Below the pieces are notes generated by a model. It had not been told where the DNA came from, made no database searches, and worked only from the letters and a program-made list of their open reading frames with translations. A program made the position numbers and the translations under genes. Positions 54,841 to 63,487 of a DNA stretch of 64,000 bases are shown here, piece after piece. The DNA is from an uncultured Gammaproteobacteria bacterium (GTDB lineage Bacteria; Patescibacteriota; Patescibacteriia; UBA11705; DATKZF01): contig CAYPKD010000003.1 of the NCBI GenBank assembly GCA_964411255.1, positions 92,439 to 156,438 of the forward strand, given 5' to 3'. Position 1 is the stretch's first letter, and each line of letters starts with the position of its first letter.

Positions 54841-54917
54841 ATTTATGACAAAAGAACATAAGAACTCAAGAACTAAAGAACAAAATCATGTTCATAAGTT
54901 CATGCGTTTATTAGTTC

Positions 54918-55757
54918 TTAAGTTTTTCTTAACTTATTTAATATTTCAAGATTTTTTTTATCTGATTTATCATTTTCTTTTGGTGTTTCAATGATAAAAT
55001 TAATTTCCTGCAGTTTTGGATGTGTGATCAAGGTTTTGAATCCGTTTATTCCAATAAATCCTTTTCCAATATGTTCATGTCGATCTTTGTGAGAGCCCAG
55101 TTCAACTCTGCTATCATTAATATGCAGTAGTTTTAGCTTATCAAGGCCAATTGTTTTATTAAATTCTATTAAAGTTTTATTAACTGAGGTTTTTGTTCGC
55201 AAATCATAGCCAGACGCAAAAGCATGAGCAGTATCAAAGCATATGCCAACATCTTTATTTTGTATTTTATTTAGGATAAACGCAATTTCCTCAAATGTAT
55301 CACCCATAATTTTGCCAGCACCTGCTGACATTTCAATTAAAAATTTGGTTGTGCCAGTATATCCATCAAAAATTCGGTCAATACTGCGAACTGTTTCCTT
55401 GAGCGCATCTTTTTCAGTTCTTTCACCAGCACTTCCTAAATGAGTCATGATATATTTTACACCAAGCTGTGTACCTCTTTCTAATTCTTCCCGGCAGGCA
55501 TTGATTGACCCATGCTTTATGCGATTATTTGTTGAAGCTAGGTTAATATAATACGGAGTATGAATGTAATAATCAGTTAACTTATGCTTTTTGCAATTAG
55601 CTTTAAATTCTGTAATCTCTTTTTCAGTTAAAGCTTTTAGTCCTCCGCCCCGTGGTGATCTTGAAAAGAATTGAAAACATTCACAGCCTTGTTTTGCTGC
55701 GTTAAGCGGGGCGTTTTGGATGCCGCCAGCGATTGAGACATGGGCGCCTAGTTTCAT
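54918..55757 (-). CDS. nfo: Endonuclease IV (AP endonuclease family 2)
   Basis: MKLGAHVSIAGG N-terminus and conserved metal-binding His/Asp/Glu positions along a TIM barrel of about 280 aa. Confidence 0.9.
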   Translation of the reverse strand: MKLGAHVSIAGGIQNAPLNAAKQGCECFQFFSRSPRGGGLKALTEKEITEFKANCKKHKLTDYYIHTPYYINLASTNNRIKHGSINACREELERGTQLGVKYIMTHLGSAGERTEKDALKETVRSIDRIFDGYTGTTKFLIEMSAGAGKIMGDTFEEIAFILNKIQNKDVGICFDTAHAFASGYDLRTKTSVNKTLIEFNKTIGLDKLKLLHINDSRVELGSHKDRHEHIGKGFIGINGFKTLITHPKLQEINFIIETPKENDKSDKKNLEILNKLRKT

Positions 55758-55811
55758 AAATTACAAATATTGAATCATTAAATTCGTTAAATGCATTAAA
55801 GTCGTTAAATA

Positions 55812-56240
55812 TTACAAATGATTACAGATATTCTGTACATCGCCTTGCAAAACAATTGGCTTCATTAAATTTATTTCAATAGCATATCTGATATCTTCTT
55901 CAGTCGGTGGGTCAAATAGCAAAAAGATTTTTTTATTAAAATGATGAGCAATGCCCATTTCCATTAAAGTTGAGCCGCCAACATAACCAGCTATTTCATT
56001 TTTTGGATAATTCAGTACCAGTATTGCATCTCTGGGTACTATTAAATCAAAATGAGCTTTTATAATATCATCATAGGTTTTAAAATGTTCAGGATCACTG
56101 GCAAAATCACGTTCTGGATTTTCAGCACACATTTTTGTATCATAAGGTACAACAACTTCATGTCCTAGGTCTTGAAGAATTTTTTGAGCCCCCAGCATTT
56201 GTTGGGCAAATTTCATTGAGCCGATTATGACGATTTTCAT
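55812..56240 (-). CDS. Rossmann-like small protein, possibly nucleoside 2-deoxyribosyltransferase-like
   Basis: 142 aa. MKIVIIGSMKF...GYVGGSTLMEMGIAHHFNKKIFLL. Weak family assignment. Confidence 0.35.
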   Translation of the reverse strand: MKIVIIGSMKFAQQMLGAQKILQDLGHEVVVPYDTKMCAENPERDFASDPEHFKTYDDIIKAHFDLIVPRDAILVLNYPKNEIAGYVGGSTLMEMGIAHHFNKKIFLLFDPPTEEDIRYAIEINLMKPIVLQGDVQNICNHL

Positions 56241-56383
56241 ATGGTTACGAATGTTAAATCATTAAATACATTAAATTCGTTAAAGACATTAAAATTATTA
56301 CAAATGATTGCGAATTAGATTATCTTTGGATTCAGGATAATTACATTATAACAAAAGCAGCTCAACAGAGCCTGTTTAATAAT

Positions 56384-57106
56384 TTATTTTTTTTGTATTC
56401 CAATTTGCTCCAGGAATTTAATTCTGGCAGGTTCAATTTTAATAGCTCCTTTTATATCACCAGGAATTGAATATATTAAAGAATCTTTTGAAATATATAG
56501 CTCAAGTTCAGAAGGATATTTTCGATCGTTATTTATTACAATATCCATATTCACTAATAAAGGCTCTGCTTCAAATTTTTGTACTGTGCTTATAAACTCT
56601 GGTGTAAGTTTAGTATCTGTTAATTTACGTAAAAATTCTTTTTTATCACGAAGAAGACGAGCCGCAAATCTTTTATCAATAGGTACTGTGATATATGTTC
56701 GTATATCTGATTTTTGACCGACAACCTTCTCCTCAATTGTTTGAACACCTTCAACTAAAATGACCTTTGCAGGGGTAAGATTATCAACAGATTTACCTTG
56801 CTGCAATTTGTTAATGGTCATATGCAATTTTTTTAAATCTAGTTCATTGCTGTTAGGAAAATAAAAATTATCAGTACTCACAACTGTTATATCTATTTTA
56901 TCTTCTGCTATTTTCTTACGTAGTTCGTTTGCCAGTGTTGTTTTCCCTGATCCTGTTTTGCCAGACAAGGTGACAAGAATACTTTTCTTTTCATTAAGGC
57001 AGGTCTTTATCTTGTCCTTAAGTAAAGCAATCCCTTCATCAAAATTCTCAGCGCGTTTGTAGGATTGCACATTAGCGTCCTCTTGTTTTGGTCGTTCTAA
57101 ATCCAT
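56384..57106 (-). CDS. P-loop kinase of the uridine kinase/phosphoribulokinase family
   Basis: LSGKTGSGKTTLANEL Walker A followed by VVSTDNFYFP. Confidence 0.55.
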   Translation of the reverse strand: MDLERPKQEDANVQSYKRAENFDEGIALLKDKIKTCLNEKKSILVTLSGKTGSGKTTLANELRKKIAEDKIDITVVSTDNFYFPNSNELDLKKLHMTINKLQQGKSVDNLTPAKVILVEGVQTIEEKVVGQKSDIRTYITVPIDKRFAARLLRDKKEFLRKLTDTKLTPEFISTVQKFEAEPLLVNMDIVINNDRKYPSELELYISKDSLIYSIPGDIKGAIKIEPARIKFLEQIGIQKK

Positions 57107-57244
57107 ATTTATACAATGAAAAATAAATTATCCTGATTCTATTATAACAAAAGCAGCTTTTGAGAGCTAATTTTTAAATTTGACTTTTTATATATCTGCC
57201 ATTAAGCTTATTTAACACAAGGAACCTGGAAAAGGAGGTGTTCG

Positions 57245-57556
57245 ATGTCAGAACAAGAACTTTTACACAAAAAAAGACAAGCCTTTGCGGCAGCTTATAT
57301 GCATATTTTAGAAATTTTAAAAAAAGAGATGGAAAAGGACTCTGATTTATGTCATCCAGGCATATTTGATTTAGATTTTATGGTATTTAGTGGATCTGTT
57401 GAATATGAAAGAATGAGATTGGGTATGAATACTCATATTGGATTGACTATTGTGTGTCAATTAATCAGGCATTGTGATGATATTCATTTTCATAAATGCC
57501 CTACTGATTTAGAATGTTGCTGTAAAAAAGAACAGCGTGACCAAACAAAGATATAA
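57245..57556 (+). CDS. Small Cys/His-rich hypothetical protein (103 aa)
   Basis: SD AAAGGAGGTG. C-terminal HCDDIHFHKCPTDLECCCKK. Confidence 0.45.
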   Translation: MSEQELLHKKRQAFAAAYMHILEILKKEMEKDSDLCHPGIFDLDFMVFSGSVEYERMRLGMNTHIGLTIVCQLIRHCDDIHFHKCPTDLECCCKKEQRDQTKI

Positions 57557-57589
57557 ATTGGTTTTAACTTAGGCAAGGAGGGAATAGTC

Positions 57590-57928
57590 ATGTGTTTGCC
57601 AATGACCTGCTGCGAAAGAGAAACAATGATAATTTTTGGTGAATGGTTATATTTTGCAAAATGGAATATTCGAGGCACTGGTAGAATTTTGTGTCAGGAA
57701 GTGATTGATAGAATTCCAACAGAAAAAAGGAGTAATCAATCACAAAGAGATAGTGGAGGAATTGATGTTCATTTAGCAATAGGTGAGAGGGGCAATTTTA
57801 GAGGATGTTATGATCATCCGATTGATGTTGATGAATTTCTTTTTTCAATTTCAGAGCAAACAGCAATGAAATATTTGCCAAAACTTTTTCAGGACATGAT
57901 TGAAAGCAGGGAAAAGCATGCAGCTTAA
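57590..57928 (+). CDS. Small Cys-containing hypothetical protein (112 aa)
   Basis: SD AAGGAGGG. N-terminal MCLPMTCCE. Terminator hairpin aaacgact-taaaat-agtcgtttttt after the stop. Confidence 0.45.
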   Translation: MCLPMTCCERETMIIFGEWLYFAKWNIRGTGRILCQEVIDRIPTEKRSNQSQRDSGGIDVHLAIGERGNFRGCYDHPIDVDEFLFSISEQTAMKYLPKLFQDMIESREKHAA

Positions 57929-58045
57929 ATAAACGACTTAAAATAGTCGTTTTTTGAATTATAAAACAGCTAGGATTGACAATTTTATAAACATTTGATA
58001 TAATTAAATGTTCGTTTGTGATTGTTTTATTCAATAGGAGGAATC

Positions 58046-58393
58046 ATGTCTGAGAAAAAAAAGAAGAGCCATTGGCCTCTGCTAATTGCCATTATTGCAA
58101 CACTATTTACTTTTGTTGGGATAGCGCTGTTTTTCATATCAAAATCAAATCAACCTGATTATTCTGCAAATCCGATTGAATGCATAAGTACAGTGTCTGT
58201 TCAGACAGGCATAAAAAATATGGACGAACTTTATATCAATAATAATAGCATAGGAGACATTCATTATATTAAAGGTTCAAATGGTTGCTTTGCCTTGTTG
58301 GTTTACAGCTATAATAGAAATAGAATTGATTTCACTTCAATCCCATGCGACCAAGTGCAGACATTTGCCAATACATGTGAGAAAGCCCAGTGA
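58046..58393 (+). CDS. Membrane-anchored hypothetical protein
   Basis: SD AGGAGGAATC precedes ATG 58046. N-terminal TM helix. Terminator cccag..ctggg plus T tract after the stop. Confidence 0.45.
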   Translation: MSEKKKKSHWPLLIAIIATLFTFVGIALFFISKSNQPDYSANPIECISTVSVQTGIKNMDELYINNNSIGDIHYIKGSNGCFALLVYSYNRNRIDFTSIPCDQVQTFANTCEKAQ

Positions 58394-58732
58394 GTAATAA
58401 CTTGCTGGGTTTTTAATTTTAAAAAGCTCAGATGAGCTTCTTTTGTGAAAATTTTACTGCCCTTTGCGTCATTCCCGCGCAGGCGGGAATCTATGAATTG
58501 TATTGTATGAAGCAAAGCAGTAAAATTTTATGCCACTGCAATAAATTGATGAGATCCCCGATCAGGTCGGGGATGACGACCGGGCTGCGGTATCTATTAA
58601 TTATTCGTTTATTTATCAGATTCAATTTTTTTATTATCAGTCTTTTCTGGCTGATGCGGTCTGGAACCCAAAACAGAAGCCATCACCATTGCCCAGGCAA
58701 TAATAATGCTTTTGAAGAATTTAAGTATTTTT

Positions 58733-60040
58733 TTAAGAAATCGTGACATTATTTTTTAGAAACTCAATTACTTTTTTATTAGCAATTAAATTTTCAAAAT
58801 ATCTGCGCGCGTTTTCAGTCTTAATATTTTTTTCAAGCTGATCAAGTTGATTTTGATATTGAGGCTGAAGTTTATATGATGCTAAGGTTTTTTCCTGTTC
58901 TTCATCAATTTCTTTTTTTGTTGCCTTTAGTTCTTCTTTTTTAGCGATCGCCCTGATAGAAAGAGCTGTTTTTACGCGCTTTAGGGCATCAGCTGAAAAT
59001 TCCAAACGCATTTCTGCTTCTGATTTTTTTAGGTGATTTAAGTATTGCTGAAAATCCAATCCTTGTCTGGTTACATTATCTTCTAATTCATGAAGCATTT
59101 TGTGAGTTTCCTCATCAACCAGAATATCAGGAATTTCTTCAAACGTAGCTTTTTCAATAAGTTGTTCAATGATTTCAAATTCTTGCTTTTGAACTGCCTT
59201 TGCCTTTTTTTCATCCTCTAAATTTTTCTTAATTTGATTTTTTAAAGCTTCAACGGTCGGTACGCCCATGCCTTTGGCAAATTCTTCTGTTATTTCTGGC
59301 AAATCAATTTGATAAACAGCTAAAAGTTTGACTTTAAATTTTGCTAATTTGCCAGCAATTGTTTTTTGATGATAGTCTTTTGGGAATTCCAGATCAAATT
59401 CTTTTTCTTCATCTTTTTTCATGCCAATAATTTGTTCCTCAAAACCTGGAATCATTTTTTTATCCCCAATTACTAATGGATATTTTTTTGCCTCTCCGCC
59501 TTCAATCGGTACTTTATCTACACAAGTATTAAAATCAACCTCAACCCGATCGCGCTCTTTTACTTCTCGATCTACTAAGGTTTCTTTGGCTCGCATTTTT
59601 TTCAAGTCAGCTAAAACTTTTTCAATTTCAGAGTCTTCAATTTTAATTTCCTCAAGTTTTTTTGCCTTGATTTTTTTATACTCTGGCAATTCTACGCTAG
59701 GTAAAAGTGATACAGTTGCTTTGAATATAAAAGGATTTTTTGGAGCCATTTTTACAATATCAATTTTAGGCTGTTCAACTGTTTCAAAATTTTCCTGTTC
59801 AATTGCTTTATAATAATTTTCTGCAATCATGTCTTGTGACGCATTTTGATAAAGAGCCATTTCTCCAAATTGCCTCACTACAGTATCAAAAGGAGCTTTG
59901 CCTGGGCGAAAGCCTTTGATTGGTTTATCTTCAGATAGTCTTTCTGCAGCTTTTTCCAAATATGGCTTTACTTCCTTCTCAGACAGCTCAATAATTAATT
60001 CAATTTGTTTTTTAGGTAGTTCTTTTTTTGTAATATTCAT
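58733..60040 (-). CDS. tig: Trigger factor
   Basis: Ribosome-binding N-domain with GFRPGKAPFD (the FRxGxxP motif), a PPIase-like middle and a C-terminal domain. Start placed at the internal MNITKK. Confidence 0.85.
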   Translation of the reverse strand: MNITKKELPKKQIELIIELSEKEVKPYLEKAAERLSEDKPIKGFRPGKAPFDTVVRQFGEMALYQNASQDMIAENYYKAIEQENFETVEQPKIDIVKMAPKNPFIFKATVSLLPSVELPEYKKIKAKKLEEIKIEDSEIEKVLADLKKMRAKETLVDREVKERDRVEVDFNTCVDKVPIEGGEAKKYPLVIGDKKMIPGFEEQIIGMKKDEEKEFDLEFPKDYHQKTIAGKLAKFKVKLLAVYQIDLPEITEEFAKGMGVPTVEALKNQIKKNLEDEKKAKAVQKQEFEIIEQLIEKATFEEIPDILVDEETHKMLHELEDNVTRQGLDFQQYLNHLKKSEAEMRLEFSADALKRVKTALSIRAIAKKEELKATKKEIDEEQEKTLASYKLQPQYQNQLDQLEKNIKTENARRYFENLIANKKVIEFLKNNVTIS

Positions 60041-60053
60041 ATTAATGTTTGGG

Positions 60054-60096
60054 AAAAACAGATCAACGGATGGCAATAGATGAAACAGATATTAGA
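60054..60096 (-). promoter_or_regulatory. Conserved 40-nt ATCTGTT-heptamer element in the tig 5' region (copy B)
   Basis: aaaaacagatcaacggatggcaatagatgaaacagatattag. A partial inverted copy lies at 60117-60140. Confidence 0.55.
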
Positions 60097-60246
60097 TATT
60101 CTGATTTTCCATTGTATCCGTTTCAGATCTGTTGATCCGTGTATTAAAAAAATAATCATTTATCCAGATTATCATATATTAAGAAAGTAGTCAAGTAGAC
60201 TGGTAGAATAGTAGAACAATAAATCTTTATTTGAAATTAGCCATGA

Positions 60247-61236
60247 TCAAGCCTGCGCTGTTAGTACCAATGTTACAATGTAGGCAATGTAAAGCCCGAT
60301 AAAAATTCCCCCCTGCCATTTTTCTAATACATGCCTCTTGCCTATAAACATGAATAGGAATAAGAGAAAGGTGGCGATGATGCAAACAATAACGTCTCTG
60401 TTTAATACTGGTGAAAATTCTAAAGGCCGGATAGTTGCAGTTATTCCTAAAATCCAGAATAAGTTGAAAATATTTGATCCAACCACATTACCAACTGCAA
60501 TATCAGCCCTGCCTTTAAAAGCTGCGATTGCTGATGTTGCCAATTCAGGCAAAGAAGTGCCAATCGCCACAATGGTTAAACCAATGATCGCTTCGCTCAC
60601 ACCAAATGATTGGGCAATGACGATTGCGCCATCAACAATCCATTTTCCTCCAAAGGTCAAGCCGGCAAGCCCAACTAAAATCATTATTATCGACAGCCAA
60701 GTAGCGCGTTTTTTTATTGACGAGTCTTTTTCTTCACCTTGTACTTTAGCAATGCCAAAAGTGTAATAAATAAAAATTATAAAAAATGCCAGGAGTATTA
60801 ATCCGTCAATTCTGGTTAAAGCTGAAAATCCAAGTCTATCAATTAATCCGTCGTTTACCAATATAAATACAACTAAGATGGCTAAGAGACTAAGAGGTAC
60901 TTCCTTCCAGACAGTTCCTTTATGTACGCACAGGGCGCAGATTATTGCTGATACTCCTAATATTAATAAAATATTGGAAATATTACTTCCAATAATGTTA
61001 CCAATTGCCAGGTCTCCCTGACCCTTTATTGCAGAAATTATATTAACAACCAATTCAGGAGCAGAAGTACCAAAAGAAACAACTGTTAACCCAATTACTA
61101 AATTTGAAATTTTTAACTTTTTAGCAATTGAAGAAGCTCCATCAACTAAAAAGTCAGCGCCTTTAATCAATAAAACAAAACCAAGCACAAACAGAATATA
61201 GGTAAGCATATGAATTTTTATTTTAATTCTTTTCAA
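60247..61236 (-). CDS. Na+/Ca2+ exchanger (CaCA/YrbG family)
   Basis: Two alpha-repeat motifs GTSAPELVVN and GTSLPELATS, 10 TM helices. Confidence 0.8.
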   Translation of the reverse strand: MKRIKIKIHMLTYILFVLGFVLLIKGADFLVDGASSIAKKLKISNLVIGLTVVSFGTSAPELVVNIISAIKGQGDLAIGNIIGSNISNILLILGVSAIICALCVHKGTVWKEVPLSLLAILVVFILVNDGLIDRLGFSALTRIDGLILLAFFIIFIYYTFGIAKVQGEEKDSSIKKRATWLSIIMILVGLAGLTFGGKWIVDGAIVIAQSFGVSEAIIGLTIVAIGTSLPELATSAIAAFKGRADIAVGNVVGSNIFNLFWILGITATIRPLEFSPVLNRDVIVCIIATFLLFLFMFIGKRHVLEKWQGGIFIGLYIAYIVTLVLTAQA

Positions 61237-61393
61237 TTATACCATAAATATCACAGTGTGTTTATTATTTTGTGGATTATAATTTTTGAGTTTTGTAATT
61301 TTTTTGCTAAACTAACAGATATAGGAATTGGCTGGTGGCTGGTAGCTTGTAGCTTTTGTAAATCTACAAGCTAGCTTCTGCAAGTTACAAATT

Positions 61394-62188
61394 ATGTTTA
61401 AATGTATATTTATCGGCGACATTATGGGTAAAATCGGCCGTCAGGCAGTGACAAAGATTTTACCTAAATGGAAAAAACAATATAAACCGGATTTAATAAT
61501 TGCCAATGCAGAAAATTTGGCTCACGGAAAAGGAATAACTGAAAAGACAGTACAGGAAATGCTAAATTCTGGTATTGATTTTTTTACTTCAGGCAATCAT
61601 GTTTGGGATAAGAAAGAAGCGTATAAGATATTTGAAGATCCCAAAGCGCCTATTATCAGACCGGCCAACTATCCTCCTGGAGTACCTGGTGATGGTTATC
61701 GGATAATTGAGAGTGGAAAAAATAAAATTTTAATTGCCAATTTAATGGGCAGAGTTTTTTTTCGGGAAGATTTTGAATGTCCGTTTAGGACAATTGACCG
61801 GATTCTTGATTCAAAACCAAAAGATGTAAAGATTGTAATCCTAGATTTTCATGCTGAGGCCAGCTCAGAGAATAAGAGCATAGGATTTTATTTAAAAAAG
61901 AGAGCAAGTGCAGTTTTGGGAACTCATACTCATGTTGGCACCTGCGATTATGAAATTTTGGATAAACATACGGCATATGTTACGCAGGTTGGCATGGCTG
62001 GGGCAAAAAACTCCAGCTTAGGTATAAAATTTGAGCCGGTAATTGAAAATTATCTCACTCAGCTGCCAACAGGACATGAATTGGTAGAAAAAGGACTGAC
62101 TGAGATAAATGCGATTTATTTAGAAATTACGGACGATGGCAAAGCAAAAAAAATAAAAAAGCTTTACGAAGAAGTGCAAATTCGGTAA
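61394..62188 (+). CDS. ymdB: YmdB-family 2',3'-cyclic-nucleotide phosphodiesterase (metallophosphoesterase)
   Basis: FIGDIMGKIGR...IIANAENLAHGKGIT...GNHVWDKKE pattern. Confidence 0.8.
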   Translation: MFKCIFIGDIMGKIGRQAVTKILPKWKKQYKPDLIIANAENLAHGKGITEKTVQEMLNSGIDFFTSGNHVWDKKEAYKIFEDPKAPIIRPANYPPGVPGDGYRIIESGKNKILIANLMGRVFFREDFECPFRTIDRILDSKPKDVKIVILDFHAEASSENKSIGFYLKKRASAVLGTHTHVGTCDYEILDKHTAYVTQVGMAGAKNSSLGIKFEPVIENYLTQLPTGHELVEKGLTEINAIYLEITDDGKAKKIKKLYEEVQIR

Positions 62189-62194
62189 AATGAA

Positions 62195-62294
62195 GTTACG
62201 AGATTTACAAGATCCACATACAAGATATTACGAGATTACAGGATAATTAAATATCTTGTACTATCTCGTATGCAAATCTCGTACATCTTGTAAC
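62195..62294. repeat. Roughly 100-bp imperfect palindrome built from tacRagat octamers upstream of hup
   Basis: Left arm gttacgagatttacaagatccacatacaagatattacgagat. Right arm is its imperfect reverse complement. Centre near 62245. Confidence 0.6.
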
Positions 62295-62312
62295 AATTAA
62301 ATATAAAAAAAT

Positions 62313-62603
62313 ATGAACAAAGCTGAATTAGCCGGTGTCATCGCAGAAAAATGCGGTGTTACAAAAAAACAAGCAGAAGACATGATTGAATGTTTTGTAA
62401 GTACAACAATTTCAACATTAACAGCAGGCGGCGAGGTTGTGTTGACTGGGTTTGGTACTTTTTCTGCCAGAGTTCGAAAGGGCAGAATCGGAGTTAATCC
62501 TCAAAATCCGTCAGAAAAGATTGACATTCCGCCGACCACAGTTGCCAAGTTTAAGGCTGGCAAGGCACTAAAAGATTCACTTAAAGCTTCCACTTCCCAA
62601 TAA
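62313..62603 (+). CDS. hup: Nucleoid protein HU (HU/IHF family)
   Basis: MNKAELAGVIAEK...GFGTFSARVRKGRIGVNPQNPSEKIDIP. Terminator hairpin at 62615-62642. Confidence 0.9.
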   Translation: MNKAELAGVIAEKCGVTKKQAEDMIECFVSTTISTLTAGGEVVLTGFGTFSARVRKGRIGVNPQNPSEKIDIPPTTVAKFKAGKALKDSLKASTSQ

Positions 62604-62755
62604 ATTAGTGAAACAAAGGCCTCTGACAAGAGGCTTTTTTGATAGATAACAGTTTACAATTGAAAGTTGAAAGATGATTATTATCTGCGATTTGTATTAA
62701 ACTTAGCTAATATTCCTTGCTACTATTAGTGATTTATTTTATAATATAGTTAAAT

Positions 62756-63253
62756 ATGGAAAAAGAAAAAAAGCAATTTGATTTTTTAGAAGATTTTTTG
62801 CATGACAATCAAGATGTCTTTTTAAAGAATTTTAAAAAAAATTCTGAGGATGAAAGATGGGCTGAAAATGTTTACAAACCATTAATCGATAAAAATTCTG
62901 AGGTTTTTCAGGATGAGGATGAAGGCCAACTCGCTATTGATGTTTATCAGGATAAAAATAATATAATTGTTTTATCTGCCATAGCTGGAATAGATCCAGA
63001 TAAGCTTGACATTTCCCTGCACAATGATATATTGACTATTCGCGGAGAAAGAGCGATGGATAATGAGATTGACAATGAAAATTACTTTTACAAGGAATGC
63101 TATTGGGGTAAGTTTTCAAGATCAGTAATTTTACCAGTTGAGGTACGAGGTGATAAAATAAACGCCACCATAAAAGGTGGTATTCTAAAGGTTGTTTTAC
63201 CAAAGGTCAATCCAACCAAAAAGATTAAAGTTAAAGTGCTTGATGAAGATTAA
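62756..63253 (+). CDS. Hsp20/alpha-crystallin small heat-shock protein
   Basis: Alpha-crystallin domain ILTIRGER...GKFSRSVILP...GILKVVLPK. Confidence 0.85.
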   Translation: MEKEKKQFDFLEDFLHDNQDVFLKNFKKNSEDERWAENVYKPLIDKNSEVFQDEDEGQLAIDVYQDKNNIIVLSAIAGIDPDKLDISLHNDILTIRGERAMDNEIDNENYFYKECYWGKFSRSVILPVEVRGDKINATIKGGILKVVLPKVNPTKKIKVKVLDED

Positions 63254-63262
63254 GATAAAAAT

Positions 63263-63484
63263 ATGAAAATTGAAGTTGTTTTAGATCGATTTGAGGAGGA
63301 CAAGGCTGTCTTGATTACAAAAGAAGGCAAGGAAATTATTATGCCAAGGCAATTAATAGAGGTAGATATAAAGCCAAAGGAGAGTTTGTGGCTCCAGCTG
63401 TCAGTAGATGCTGAAACTACTGAAAGAAACGCTGATCTGGCAAAAAAAATGTTAAATGAAATTATCTCAAAGGATGAGGAATAA
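63263..63484 (+). CDS. DUF3006-like small protein
   Basis: 73 aa. MKIEVVLDRFEEDKAVLITKEGKEIIMP pattern. Confidence 0.5.
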   Translation: MKIEVVLDRFEEDKAVLITKEGKEIIMPRQLIEVDIKPKESLWLQLSVDAETTERNADLAKKMLNEIISKDEE

Positions 63485-63487
63485 AAA

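Noticed and set aside
58432-58746. Plus ORF 58432..58746 and a 55-aa minus ORF overlapping the tig stop
   Set aside because: The region downstream of tig is dominated by GC-rich hairpins (tcccgc-gcag-gcggga, tccccga-tcag-gtcgggga). There is no SD for either frame, so they are more likely terminator or structural elements.
59421-60083. Plus ORFs 59421..59813 and 59898..60083 inside tig
   Set aside because: Antisense shadow ORFs.
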